The notes under the pieces were generated by a model, which saw only the letters and a list, made by a program, of their open reading frames with translations, was not told the origin of the DNA and did no database searches. From Octopus bimaculoides (taxonomy: Eukaryota): a stretch of 64,000 bases of DNA. Below are positions 1-13,875 of the stretch, piece after piece. How positions within the stretch are numbered: position 1 is the first letter of the stretch; the number at the start of each line of letters is the position of its first letter. The position numbers were made by a program, and so were the translations under genes. Location of the stretch: assembly GCF_001194135.2 (NCBI RefSeq), contig NC_068988.1:45402319-45466318 (forward strand), in the 5' to 3' direction.

Positions 1-335
1 ACAATCATAAAATAAGGGGAGTAAACACATAAAGAAAAGTATAAAATGAATTCTTTAAAAAAAAAGGATAAACATATAAAATGAAAGAAAACTGCAAAAA
101 TAAAAGAATTAAAAATTAATAAAAGACAAGTAAAAGGTATAACATAAAATAAACAAATAAACATTACAAAAAGCTGGTTGAACAAAAAGAGTAAGGACAA
201 GAATAAGAAGAAAGCATGCATTTATGTATGTATGTGTGCGTGTGTGTGTGCGTATATACATACAGATATTTATTAGTATATATGAGTACATACGTATATA
301 CATATATATTTATATGCAAGTGTAAGCATGTATGC

Positions 336-379
<44 letters not shown>

Positions 380-1123
380 ATGTATATATATATATATGTG
401 TGTGTATATATGTATGTATGTATAAATGTATATGTAAAGAGTTACTAAAAGAGAGAAGAAAAATAACTAAATGCATGCAACAATGAAAGAAATACAATGA
501 AGGAAATTAAAAAGGAAACAACAATAAAAGAAACAAAAGGAAAACCTCAAAGTGTTTGTTGTGTAAACTAATGAATAATTAAAACATAATTATCTCATGT
601 TGTTCATTGGTAAGATTAGAGCAGTGAAGTTAATATTCTTAACGAAGGTTTGACAGCATTTGCAGACTTAATCCAATCAAACATGGAGACTTTAATAACA
701 GTGATAGTGGTGGTGGTGGTGGTGGTGTTGATGGCGGCGGCGGCGGTGGTGGTGATGGTGGTTGTGGCAGTTGTGGAGGTGGTTATGTGTGATGTTGATT
801 GCTTGTTCTAGATTGGAATGGCATAGGGGTATATTAGGTGGAATGCTGGTTGATAGAAGTGAAGGAGGTGCAGGGAATGGATGTGTAGTGCTGTCTCAAA
901 TTCCTCAATTGATCATTTAGTTTTAATTTGCATCCACACACACACACACATACACACACACGTGCACATCCACACAGATACATAGGCATATACGCACAAA
1001 ACACATCCATGTATGCACGTCTGTATGTATATATATATGCATTTATACACATGCACTGACCCACACTTCTAAGTATATATGTACAAACAAAACAGCTATA
1101 CATACACACACATATGCACAAGG

Positions 1124-1163
<40 letters not shown>

Positions 1164-1329
1164 GTGAATAGATATATATGTATGTATGTGTGTGTATATA
1201 TACACACGCACACATATATATATTGTTTGCTGGTGTGTGTGTATTAAAGAAAATAAATACAAATATCAAAAAATATACACACACAGGACTTATTTAAAGA
1301 AGATTTAAAACGTAAATAAAAGGACAATT

Positions 1330-1543
1330 GCTACCACCACCACCACCACCATCGTCGTCGTCGTCGTCGTCATCATCATCATCAATAGGAGTTTCAGTTT
1401 TCCTTATCCTTATAGAGTTGCTTTGGACAGAGTTGCAAAATAGATTAATTAAAAAAGCATGCAGATTAGGTGAGAGCACGCTGCCATCTTTACATCATCA
1501 TCACCGTCACCATCACCAGTATCATCATCATCATCACCACCAT

Positions 1544-1575
<32 letters not shown>

Positions 1576-1625
1576 GCATCAGCGTCATTGGAATCGTTGT
1601 CATTGTCTTCATCATTCTGGGGATT
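1330..1625. repeat. Compound trinucleotide microsatellite (CAC/CGT/CAT/CAG)
   Basis: Direct reading. Confidence 0.85.
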
Positions 1626-2077
1626 AATCCATCTTGTGATTATTTACATTTCTACAATGATACACATTACTGCTATTTTACTGTTTTTAATCATCAGAAA
1701 ACATGTTAAATAAATAATGAAATGTATTGTGAAATGATGGTTGTGCTGGTATGATGGCGTGGATATCTTGGTGGCGGTGATGGTTGTGATAGAAGTGGTG
1801 ATAATAATGATAAGTTATCTCATGGTGTAGTGGTGATGTTGATGATGATAATAATATTAATTATCCTGTCTACTATAGGCACAAGGCCTGGAATTTCTTG
1901 AGAGAAGGCTAGTCAATCATATTGACTCCTGTACACAACTGGTACTCAATTTATTGTCACTGAAAGGATGAAAGACTAAGTTGACCTTGGCAGAATTTGA
2001 TCCCAGAAAGTAAAGACAGATGAAATGCCACTAAGCATTTTGCCTGTCATGTTAACAATTCTGCCAGCTTGCCACCA

Positions 2078-2560
2078 ATGGCAACTAAAGCGAGATCACA
2101 GTCATTGCCATGCCAGTGTTGCATGTCTGGCCCATTTAAAAGTAACCTTGATGCATTGGGTGATATGATATGCTTGAGAAGACCTGTTGAGCCAAGTAAA
2201 ACCAAAATCGTAGCTGTGGCCAGTGTCCCTTGACTGGCTCCTGTGTCAGTGGAACATAAAATGCACCATCTGAATGTGATCGATGCCAGGGCCACCTGAC
2301 TGGCTCCCGTGCCGGTGGCATGTTAAAAGACACTTTCTGAGCATGATCTATGCCAGGGCTACCTGACTGGCTTCCATGCCGGTGGCACATAAAAAGCACC
2401 CACTACACTCCCAGAGTGGTTGGCATTTGGAAGGGCATCCAGCTGTAGAAAGATTGCCAGATCAGATTCGAGCCTGGTGCAGCCACTGGCTTTCCAGACC
2501 TCAGTCAAACCATCCAACCCATGCCAGCATGGAACACGGACGTTAAACGATGATTATGAT
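2078..2560 (+). mobile_element. RTE LINE 3' UTR copy with internal tandem subrepeats
   Basis: ccatgccagcatggaacacggacgttaaacgatgat end; repeated ctgactggctcc.gtgccggtggca..taaaa units. Confidence 0.7.
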
Positions 2561-3640
2561 AATAATGATGAATAATAATAACAACAACAGCAATAATATT
2601 TGTTTCAAATTTTGGCCAGCAATTTTGGGGGAGTGGTTAAGTGAATTACATTGACTTTGGTACTCAACTGGTTCTTGTTTTATCAACCCTGAAAGGATGA
2701 ATGGCAAAAATGAACCTTGACAACATGTGAATTCAGAACATAAGAATGGACGAGAAGCCATAAGCGATTTTGCCCAGTGTGCTAACTCATCTGCCACCTT
2801 GCTGCCTTTTTAATAATAATATTAATGGTGGACTCTCCTGTTCAAGATGATGTATGAGTGTTCAATTTTTGCTGAATGACCTACACAAATGTACGAATAA
2901 GCTGTACATTAGCTCACTATCTTCTTCAAATCGATGTTGCTTGAATAGGTACACAATGTACCACAAATCAGGCATCGAAGTGATTACAGAGCAATGTGAG
3001 ATGGAGTGTTTTTTGCTCAAGAATACAACATGCCACTCGGGGAATTGAAACCACGATTGCTAAATTGTGAGTGCAACACCCTAACCACTAGGCCATGCAT
3101 ATTTACACAACAACAACAATAATAATGGTGATTTCATTTATTTGCCTGAAGGATGAGGAGGACAATACAAAGACAGACATAAAGTGGGGGTGGGGGTTTA
3201 CACATAATGAAATGATAAAGAAAGAAAGAAAGTAATTATACAAAGAATACGCTGAAAAAGAAGGGACATATACATAGTATGCAGAAGTGGCGACCTTTGA
3301 CAGAAATGAATTTACATTCCTCTTCACGGGCCCCGACTTGTCGGTGCAGAGTTATCTGCAAGTGGTGAGTCAACTTGCTTGGGGGCACTGATGAAGTGGA
3401 TTGAACTGAACCTTGAATATTGTGTTTATAGTAATTGTGTTATTGAACTTATTGAACAATGTTTTCGAGGGGTTATCAGTCAGCAGGCGCCGGTACCCCG
3501 CCCAGTTTTACTTCATACTTTTGTAATCACTTTTATCTCATCAATGTCTGTGTCCGGCCTGCAGCTACTTTATGTTTGTCTGTTTGTCCTTGTTTGTCCT
3601 CTCTTTGTAAGGCCTTAATGGCCAATATTTATTGAAATAA

Positions 3641-3782
3641 AGTAGCTTGCTTATCAATCACATGGTTCTGAGTTCAGTCCCACTGTGTGGCACCTTGGAT
3701 AAGTGTCTTCTACTATAGCCTCGGGCTGACCGAAGCTTTGTGAGTGGATTTGGTAGACAGAAACTTAAAGAAGCCCGTCGTA

Positions 3783-3829
<47 letters not shown>

Positions 3830-4345
3830 CTATATGTTTGTGTGTCTGTGTTTGTCCCTCCAACATCGCTTGACAACCGATGCTGGTGTGTTTACGTCTC
3901 CGTAACTTAGCAGTTCGGCAAAAGAGACTGACAGAATAAGTACTAGGCTTACAAAGAATAAATCCTGGGGTCAATTTGCTCGACTAAAGGCGGTGCTCCA
4001 GCATGGCCACAGTCAAATAACTGAAACAGGTAAAAGAGTATATATCTGTCAGTAATAGGATGTTTAGCAATACCTCATGAAACTGAAAGAAGCCCATCAA
4101 ATATATATATATATATGTACATATATATATATATATGTATATGTTTGTGTGTCTGTGTTTGTTCCACCCCCACCATCACTTGACAGCCAATGTTGGTGTG
4201 TTTACGTCCCTGTAACTTAGCAGTTCGATAAAAGAGACGATAGAATAAGTACTAGGCTGATAAAGAATAAGGCCTGGGGTTGATTTATTCAACTAAAGCT
4301 AATGATCCAGCATGGCTGCAGTCAAATGACTGAAACAAATAAAAG
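3641..4345 (+). mobile_element. SINE family A (tRNA-like head, central TA/TG microsatellite, about 400 bp): full copy 3641-4040 and 3' half 4141-4345
   Basis: gtagcttgctta..aa.cacatggttc.g.gttcagtccc head; ...gactgaaacaagtaaaagag tail; many copies in window. Confidence 0.85.
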
Positions 4346-5595
4346 AAAACAAAATCCTGAGTCTTATTCTTTTCAGGAATGGTGAATCTCAAAGCAAATA
4401 AATCTATAAGGAATAGCATGTAAATTTTGAGTAAAAAATCTTTTGGATAGGTAAAGTAGACAGGACAGGTAACATGGATCTCTTGGACCTATGTCTCCAA
4501 TCGTGATGTCTTTGGTAATGTCTATGAACTGACTGAGCTGAAATATACTAATGAGGTGTAGCATTAAAAAGCAAAAGAATACTGAGAGAGGGTTTTTCTT
4601 TCCTTCTTTTATTTTGAGGAAATCATAAATGAATGATATCTATTAACAACACACAAAGAATAGTCTTGTAAGTAGGTAGTATTAGCCAGTGGTTTGAAAC
4701 CAAAAATATTACTGGTATTGAGGTGACAGTGCAAGTAATACAATACATTTAATTTCAGATTTCTGATCTGAAACCTACCCTCAAGAATGATAATTCTATG
4801 TTGTTTACAATTATAATTAACTTTTCCTCTCATGTGCAGAAAAAAAAACAAAGCTTGTGACACTCAGTGAAAATGGAAGCTATCAATTCATGGTAATCAT
4901 GGTACACAATTCAATGAAGTCAGAAAATTCAAATACTGTGAGTCCTATATTGGTTTCAAATTTTGACACAAAGCTAGCAATTTTGGAGGAGGTACAATTC
5001 AATTATATTGACCCAAAGTACTTATTTTATTAACCTCAAAAAGATGAAAGACAGAGTTGACCTTGGTAGAATTTGAACTCGGGATATAGAGATGGATGAA
5101 ATACTGCTAAGCATTTTGCCTGGCATGCTAAAGATTCTGCCAGCTTGCTGACTTGAACCTTGGGTCCTATATTGCTGACAGTAAGAAAGAAAGACTTCCC
5201 AACACGCAAATCTGAAACACCTATAACAAGCTTCAAAACATCTAGCAATCATCTTGCAATCAAATTTTCAAGTCAACAAAGCTGGTTTTTATCAAGACAT
5301 GTATAGAGCATTATTCTCTAAGGAGCTGCAACCTGGGAGCTTTCAGATTGCCTGGTGCACAGGCCAGGCTTTTCATGGGACTCAATCTTCATATGGCTTC
5401 GACATGAGACAACAAAAGAGATAGATATATGAACACTTTCCACTTAATTTTGTTGCTCATTGCAGAGAAATTTTATCGACCGTTGAAACTGGGTTCAATA
5501 ACAGGCTATATTAGATGTTATATTTTAGAGAATTGCATGTGCTAATAGAAGATAGAGACTGCTCAATTACATAGATATTATTAGCAGAGACATAA

Positions 5596-6005
5596 GGCGG
5601 CTAGCTGGTAGAATCGTTAGCATGCTGGGCAAAATGCTTATGGTATTTCGTCTGCCGTAACATTCTGAGTTCAAATTCTGCCGAGGTCGACCTTGCCTTT
5701 CATCCTTTTGAGGTCGATAAATTAAGTACCAGTTGTATACAGGAGTTGATCTAATCGACTGGCTACCTTCCCACAAAAATTTTGGGCCTTGTGCCTAGAG
5801 CAAAAAAGAATTGTTAGCATGCAGGGCAAAATGTTAGCAGCATTTTGTCCATCTTTACACGCTGAGTTCAAATTCTGTGCAGGTTGACTTTGCTTGCCCT
5901 CCTTTCGGAGTCAATAAAATAAGTATAAGTAACATTTGAGTACTGGGGTCAATGTAATCAATTTATACACTTGCCGAGATTGCTAGCCTTGTGCCAAAAT
6001 TTGAA
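5596..6005 (+). mobile_element. Two tandem SINE family B copies (about 210 bp; ggcgg..agctgg.agaatcgttagc head, ctgagttcaaattc B-box-like motif)
   Basis: Family also at about 1868-2077(-), 2597-2805(-), 4952-5150(-), 10785-10990(-), 11345-11568(+), 36566-36780(+), 59133-59340(+). Confidence 0.8.
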
Positions 6006-6398
6006 TCGTTATTAGCAGATACACAAAATATGCAATTGAAAAACCTACCAAAGATAATTGTGTGTGCAACATTGGGTAACATACCTTGGCAGTGATGTGG
6101 TTTTATTTTTTTTGCTAGTTTTCCAAAGATGAATGTTATATAATTAGGATATGGAAATTCAAACAACTCCTCTTAAATTGACCATAAATAATTTTACTCA
6201 AGGATTCACATTCATTGAGGAAGGGCTGTAAATTTTTGCTGATAATAGTCTTAGTCATGAGAGTAACATAGAACTTATAAGAGGAGTTCACAACGATCTC
6301 AGTTGCTATACTGAGCTGTATGAGACAATGATGCATTGTAAACATTAAACAATTTTGGACAAGACCGTCACTCCACAGTTTAATGATCATGAACTATA

Positions 6399-7312
6399 TA
6401 AGATGGGTATCAAAAAGTTCCTGGACTAGTTCTCTAGCCCACGAACAGATGGCATTCCATGGCTGAGTGCATAGTGAGATCTAGCAGAGACGTTCATGGA
6501 GCAGTGTGTTGAGTGACATCACTGTGTTTACTTTGCAAGTTGTAAAATTTGTGTCTTTGTGATCACATTTATGCAGTAGTCTGTGATTTTCTCATGAACA
6601 AGAACAAAGAACCAACCTGAAATTTTGTGTTAAACTTGGGAAGTCTACTACAAGGACAGTGAGCAAGCTTGGCAAGTTTATGGCAATGAGGCAACAGGTC
6701 ACACACAATGTTCTGAGTGGCACAATCACTTCAAAAGTGGAAGAATATCCTGGAAAGAAAATGTGTGATGTGGAAGACCTGCGATGAGTGTCAGCCCTGG
6801 AATATGGCATTGTGCATTGAGAATTTGTTCTCCAGAGCCAGACTGTCATCAAGAGTTCTACTGCAACGTTTTGAAGTATCTGAAGGAGGACATTTGGCCA
6901 AAACAACCAGATCTGTGGAATACAAAGAACTGGATTCTTCACAATGACAATGCACCCTGTCACTGAGCCCTCCTCACTCGTGAATTTCTCACTGAAACCA
7001 ACATGCTATCACTTCTGCACTGACCCTGTTCATCAGATTTAGCACCTATCAACTTCCATCTCTCCCAAAAGATGAAAATGTAGTTCAAAGGTCACTATTT
7101 TAACAATGTTGTCAACATCTAGAGCAAATTGCAGAAGGCCCTCGACTCACAGAAAATTACTTTCAAACCAGATTCCAAAATTGGCAAGAATGCTGGAACC
7201 AGTGTATTGCTGAGCAAGGTTATTATTTCAAAGGAATTGATGTTAAAACTTAGGTAAATAACTTATTTTTCACTAAACATAACTAGTTCTGGAACTTTTT
7301 AATACCATCCTG
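6399..7312 (+). mobile_element. Mariner (DD34D-type) transposon, internally deleted
   Basis: About 30-bp TIRs (gatgg(g)tatcaaaaagttcc.g.actagtt) flanked by TA; remnants QRTNLKFCVKLGKS and WILHNDNAPCH...SSDLAPIN(F) with 34-residue spacing and D-to-N change. Confidence 0.88.
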
Positions 7313-7669
7313 TATGAGAGGAAATAATTTCTTTTATTCTTCCAACAATTCACATTCCAGCAACACCACATCTCACACTGTCAACAAACTTGGTAATAAG
7401 AACATATCCTATTACAATACTATGATTCTTACTTATTCTGTAATGTTTTTAAGCATACATATTGTAGTGTATATGTTTAGAACTTGTTATTTTCGTGCAT
7501 AGAAGTGGTTATGTTGTTCGTTTTTGCTGAGGTTTTGGAAAAATCCGTCAGAACATATTATCACTTTATAACATGAAAATTAATGGGAAATTTTATTTTT
7601 GCATTACAGCAAGTTTATCGGGAACACATTACTCCCATAATGTAGGGGACTCCTGTACATACATACATG

Positions 7670-7701
<32 letters not shown>

Positions 7702-8010
7702 CATACATACATACATACATATTAGTAACATGGCAATATATTCATACATATACGTATATATTATGAATGCATAAGCTCATACTCATGTTTAAATTCATGA
7801 ATAACCAGATATTAAATAACATATTAATTCGCATACACATAAACACATAAGCATAACTTATATACTAACATTAATAGTGACCTGCATACAACTGAACATT
7901 CACACAAACATGCACATAGAAATTCATAATACAAATTTGTGCACAAACCCTAAGTACATACACTATATATATGGTGTATGCATATACATACATACATACA
8001 GAGATATATA

Positions 8011-8098
<88 letters not shown>

Positions 8099-8734
8099 TG
8101 TATGTATGTATAAATATATATACACACATACACACACATACATATAGAGATGTGTAACTATTGCTGCATGCATGATACAGTCTATTTTAATTGTCATTAC
8201 GTAGCTGCCTGGGAAAAACAATAAATGCATGTGAAATATTAAAGAAAATGGTGATGTACGAGAATGAGATATGCATGTATATGGACATAATTACACATTG
8301 CTGAACTCATTTGTAATAGGAGATATTCCTATGCACCTATAATCTTTCATGATTTTACCATTTTCCAATTTCACGAAAGCTATCTCATCATAGAGGCCCC
8401 ACTAATAATGATATAATTTCCAGATATTTACTAAATATTGACCAGAGATTTTTATCTCATTAAACAGCATGCATTGAGGCTATTGACCACATTAAACCAT
8501 GTGCAATCTAGCTTTCTAAATTTGATATTTAACTAAGATGTGACTGTGTTGCATGGAGTCTTGGCTAAAGAGTCCATAGTTCATGTCCTCCAGTTGCTTT
8601 TCTCTTCATGATGTTCAAAGCCAATGCACTAAACTTACTATAGATTGGTTAACTTAACTACAAATTGTTGTTGTTTAGTTCCAGACCTGCCCGATCAAAG
8701 GAGTTTAGCTGTATTCATCCAATCTTTTTCTTAT

Positions 8735-9023
8735 TCTTTTACTCTTCTTTCAATCATTTTACTGTGGCCATGCTGGAGCATCACTTCGAAGGGTTTTTAG
8801 TCAAACAAATTGGCCCCAGGATTTATTTTTTTAAGCCTAGTACTTACTCCGTCGGTCCCTTTTGCAGAACTGCTGAATTACGGGGGATGTAAACACACCA
8901 ACACCAGTTGTCAAGCAGTGATGGGAGAGGAACAAACAGAGACACTAAGACACACGCATAGATATATATATTTACATAAATACATCATACACATATCATA
9001 CATACATACACACATACATACAT

Positions 9024-9076
<53 letters not shown>
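8735..9076 (-). mobile_element. SINE family A, 3' half
   Basis: Reverse complement of 3830-4040. Confidence 0.75.
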
Positions 9077-9079
<3 letters not shown>

Positions 9080-10560
9080 TGTAAAAACCCATGTAATTTA
9101 CGCAAATTTTTCCACTAAAACAAAAATGAATTTTAAGGGGTGCGTAAATTACATAAGTAGATTGATTCCAGAATTGTTTTAGAAATTTTTTTTGTTGGAA
9201 AGGGACGTACAAATGTAAACATTCGTACAGGAAGTTGACTCAGTATAGGTTTTCCAAGAAAAAATATAATGAAGTTGATTTTTATTTATGCTGGATGATA
9301 TAATGCTTACTTTTTTTGTATAAATCTACTAAAACCATTAGATGGTTAATTACTTTTTGAAGTTTGATGTTCATGCAGGTAATCATGGTACAGGCCATAT
9401 TTTACATTGCTTGGAGTTTCTACCTATCACAATGGAGCACAGCAATTTCCTTAAATAGATCAGTTTTTCTCTACTTAAGATGTCTAGCTTGTGTTTGCCT
9501 CCAGGAAGCTATTGTTCACTTTCTCTGCGTTAGGACAATGAAATTCATCACTGCCGACGTCTCTGCTACCAGCTCTTACAGCACATAACGCCGATGACAA
9601 CATCATAATTCATCCTTGTGCATATAAACTTTCCAAGTGAATATGACTTAGCGTTCCAACAGAAACCTTCATTTACTTTATATGTTTTACGTCATTTCAC
9701 ATTCATGTTGAATTATGCAGCAATCTTATGTTCTCTTCATAGAACACTTGTAATGCATGTATTACCAGTTCTTTTGGTATAGTAGATTTTTGCTATTCTT
9801 GTCTATGTCTTCTCACAGATGTGTATATTCTAACAAGTCACTTCTTAAATTTTGCACCTCTCTTGTTCAATAAACACAGAGTTAAACTTGCAAAGCTGTT
9901 TATTTTCTCCTTTCAATTTTTAATGCTTGTTTTAGTGGGTCACCAAACTATCAGTTTGGTCTCCCAGCAAAAATGGTAAGGACAAATTTTAAAGTTTTCT
10001 TGATATTTTATAAGTGTGAAAGGAATTAAACTTTCAATACTCCGTATTAAAGGTTCTGTCAAGTATAGGCAGAAAATTAGAGCTTGAGAAAAAGAAGACA
10101 CTTTCGACCAATCAGAATTCTGTTTACATTATCAGTTTGATCAGTCACCTTCCTCTGTTGGATGAGTAAAGTGTCATCCAAGCTGATGTTTATTGGTAAC
10201 TAAACTTATTTTGCAACACTTGTGTGTATTTATCAGCTTTGCTTTTGTTGATAAGAATTATCAACAACTTTTCCTGTGATCATGATTTCAGAAGACATAC
10301 AGAAGTATGCTAAAGAACGGACATAGTCGCTCGTGGGCAAGAAATGTAAAATAAAATTTATCATAAACACAAACACTTCATAATTTAATAGCTTTCAATG
10401 TGATACCTGTTAAACAGAAATTATTTTTATCTAACGAAAATTTAATAAAATCTAATCATAAGTAAGTGAAATTATGTTAACTACAACTAAATTGAAAACC
10501 TTTTACCTCTGGCCACATCGGCATTTCTGAAAACTTTTGCGTGCAAATATTACACGAGTA
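9077..10560. mobile_element. Possible old pogo-like DNA transposon relic
   Basis: Left end tactgtaaaaacccatgtaatttacgca with subterminal inverted tgcgtaaattaca, and a partly matching end tgcaaatattacacgagta near 10540-10560; interior not convincingly translatable. Confidence 0.3.
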
Positions 10561-12044
10561 GAAGCTTTTTTAACAATTTTTATACTGAAAATCCCCTGCA
10601 TAAATTACACAGCTGCACAAATTACATGGCTGGATGCCCTTCCTAATGCCAACTACTTCAAGAGTGTAACGGGTGCTTTTACATGCTACCAGCATGAGTG
10701 CCAGTTGCATGACACCAGTATTTGCCACAACTATGATTTCACTTGGCTTGATGGGTCTTCTGAAGCATGGCATATTCTTTTCTACTCAAGGCACAAGGCC
10801 CGAAATTTTTGGGGAGGGGGCCAGTTGATTAGATTTACCCTCAGTATGCAACTGGTACTTAGTTTATCAACCCCAAAAGGATGAAAGGCAAAGTCGACCT
10901 CAGCAGAATTTGAACTCAGAACGTAAAGACAGATGAAATACCGCTAAGCATTTCACCTGATGTGCTAATGTCTTTGCCAGCTCAATGCCTTTGAAGCATA
11001 GCTTATTGCCAAAGGTTTTGGTCATTTGTCATTGCCTCCATGAGGCCCAGTGCTAGAAAGGTGCTTTTATATGCCACCTGCACAGGTGCCATTTATGTGA
11101 CATTGGTATCACAAGTTCTGGAAATGATTTTCTTTACATTATATAGATTTGTTGGCTTAAATCATTTTGAGTGCTTTCTCTAAGGTGGTGTTAAGTATTT
11201 TTGTATGTGTGGATATTGAAAAACAGAGAAAACCTATTGGTGTCAATGGTAGTTACAATGGCACATGAGGGAGTTGTTTTTATTGCTGAAGCTATCATGT
11301 ATTCTCTGTTTGAAGTATGCAAATAGTGTAAGGGCTGAGTGAAAGGCAGTGAGCTGGCAGAAACGTTAGCATGCCGGGCAAAATGCTTAACAATATGTCA
11401 TCTGTCTTTATGTTCTGAGTTCAAATTCCGCTTAGGTCAACTTTGCCTTTCATCCATTTTTTTTTGGGGGGGGGGGCAATAAATTAAGTACCAGTTGCAT
11501 ACTGAGGTCAATCTAATCAACTGCTCCCTAGCCCCAAAATTTCGGGCCTTGGACCTAGAACAGAAAAGTGTAAGGGTTGAGTGAAGTGGTCTAAATCCCT
11601 AATGTGGTTCAAAGAGAAGGGTATGTGTAAGTAAGTGATGCTAAACATTAGTTATTTTTAGAAATTCTGAGGATGTGCGTAGGAGTTTGATAATTCTGTG
11701 TGATGCTACTTTGATTGGGTTTTGTTGGATTTTAAAATTGTTATAATTCTGGCCAACTTTCAGATTCTGGGGATTTGACTGTTTTGGGAGGAATAGGTAT
11801 AGATGTTTATGAGGGGAGGTAATTGTGAAAGTTGTAAGAGTTTTATTTTCATGCTCATGCTTGTGAGTTTGACAGGCTCTGGCTGAGGTTTCACAGCTTC
11901 GTTTTTCAGACTTCTACGCAGTTATTCTATGTACAATGAAAGGAAATTGCTAAAATTGTGGTCTAGTTGGCAATTGCATAATTTTGCTATGTGTTCTTGT
12001 CTTTGTTGTTTAGTTTTTTGGTGGATGAATTTTCAAGAAATATG

Positions 12045-12436
12045 TGTGGTAAGTAGCTTGCTTTCCAAACACATGGTTCTGGGTTCAGTCCCATTGCGTG
12101 GCACCTTGGGCAAGTGTCTTCAACTATAACCTTGAGCCAACCAAAGCCTTGTGAGTGAATTTGGTAGGCAGAAACTGAAAGCCCGTTGTATATATGTATA
12201 TGTATATATATATGTGTGTGTGTGTGTGTTTGTCCCCACACCATCGCTTGACAGCCGATGCTGGTGTGTTTACGTCCCCATAATATTAGCGGTTCGGCAA
12301 AAGAGACCGATAGAATAAGTACTAGGGTTACAAAGAATAAGTCCTGGGCTCGATTTACTCAACTAAAGGTGGTACTCCAGCATGGTCGCAGTCAAATAAC
12401 TGAAACGAGTAAAAAATAAAAGAGTAAAAGAGTAAT
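12045..12436 (+). mobile_element. SINE family A
   Basis: Full-length match to 3641-4040. Confidence 0.85.
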
Positions 12437-12624
12437 AAAAGGTGTTTACTTGATGTTGTAATGAATTTTATTATGTGATGTCATTAATGTGACATAGTGT
12501 GTGATGTAATCATTGTTGTTGTTGATGTTACTAATTACTCTATATATTGCATATTGTTGCTAGTTTTATTTTGTTAGATACAAGTGCATGCAAGTTTTCT
12601 GGTTTTCTATGGTTCTTTTAATTT

Positions 12625-12868
12625 TAACTCATTTCAGTCAGTCAATGAAGTGTGGCCATGCTGGGGCAATGCTTTGAAGGGTTTAGTTGAACAAATCAAT
12701 CTCAGAGCACTTATTTTCAGTCTGGCCCTTATTCCATCTCATTTGTCAAACTGGTGCTTTATAGGGATGTAAACGAACCAACACCATTGTCAAGTGGTAG
12801 TGATGGGGACAAATTAACACAAAGATACACCTGTACGCACGCACACACACATGCACACACATGCACAT

Positions 12869-12904
<36 letters not shown>

Positions 12905-13025
12905 GCACACACACACAAACACATGCACACACACACATACACACAGAGGATAAGTTCCTGCCTACCAAATTCATTCAGCAGGCATTGGTCAACTCTGGGT
13001 TATAGTAGAAGACATTTGCCTAAGC
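12625..13025 (-). mobile_element. SINE family A, diverged
   Basis: Reverse-complement match with (CA)n linker. Confidence 0.7.
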
Positions 13026-13095
13026 ATTTTGTCCAGTGTGCTAATAATTCTGTCAGCTTGCTACCTTAATAATAATAATAATAATAATAATAATA

Positions 13096-13700
13096 GAGGG
13101 AGAAAATGTAACTATACTTTGGGATTTCCCAGTATGTACAGACCTGGCTATCAAATGTTGTGAAAGACAAAAGTGATAAAGTCTGTTTATTGATGGACAT
13201 GAGCATACCCTGTAACCATAATATCTCGGCAAAAGAATTTGATAAGCTCAGAAAATATAAAGATTTGTCAGTCGAAATCGAAAAGATGTGGCATCTCAAG
13301 ACGGTTACAATACCAATGATTGTAGGGGCACTTGGAATGATCAAAAAAGGAACTGAAAATTATTTAGGAAAGATCTCTGGCTTACCATCCATGCAGGAAG
13401 TGCAAAAGATTGTCTTAAATGGTATGTTACACATACTGAGAAGAGCATTGTTTCTGTGAATTTTCTTTCCCTTTTTCCCTCCTTTATTTTATTTGGATAC
13501 TTTTCTATTCTTTATTTTTTTCTTTTTTCTCTCTGTCTTCTCCTTTTTCTCTATCACATGACTCTGTAAATGAACAATCTGGTGTGTTTGTTTTAATGGC
13601 GTACCAATATACACAGTACGTTTCTCTACCCTAGGTGTCAGGAAGACACTCGGCAAGAAATAGAAACAGAATTGAATGAAGATGCTAATGAAATGATGAT
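13096..13700 (+). mobile_element. 5'-truncated R4/Dong-type non-LTR retrotransposon (restriction-like endonuclease C-terminus plus 3' UTR)
   Basis: GENVTILWDFPVCTD then VVKDKSDKVCLLMDMSIP...KEFDKLRKYKDL...TIPMIVGALG...LRRAL (ORF 13160-13459), typical RLE domain end; flanked by (TAA)n on both sides. Confidence 0.8.
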
Positions 13701-13721
13701 AATAATAATAATAATAATAAT

Positions 13722-13875
13722 TTCTCTCTGTCATTCTTTCCCTTTTTTTCTATCACATTACTTTGTAAATGAACAATCTGGTGTCTTTGTTTTAATGGCC
13801 TACCAATGTATACAGCAAGTTTCTCTGCCCTAGGTGTCGGGAAGACACTCGGCAAAAAAATTGAAAGAAGCTCAT
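13722..13875 (+). mobile_element. Second, shorter copy of the same retrotransposon 3' UTR
   Basis: Direct repeat of about 13525-13680 (ctatcaca..actttgtaaatgaacaatctggtg ... ccctaggtgtc.ggaagacactcggcaa), followed by (TAA)n. Confidence 0.8.

Noticed and set aside
1328-1709. Poly-Pro/Ser/His/Gln ORFs resembling a transcription-factor tract
   Set aside because: Explained entirely by trinucleotide microsatellites; no flanking domain or splice support.
11580-12040. Strand-skewed segment suggestive of a decayed retroelement ORF
   Set aside because: No translatable conserved motif found.
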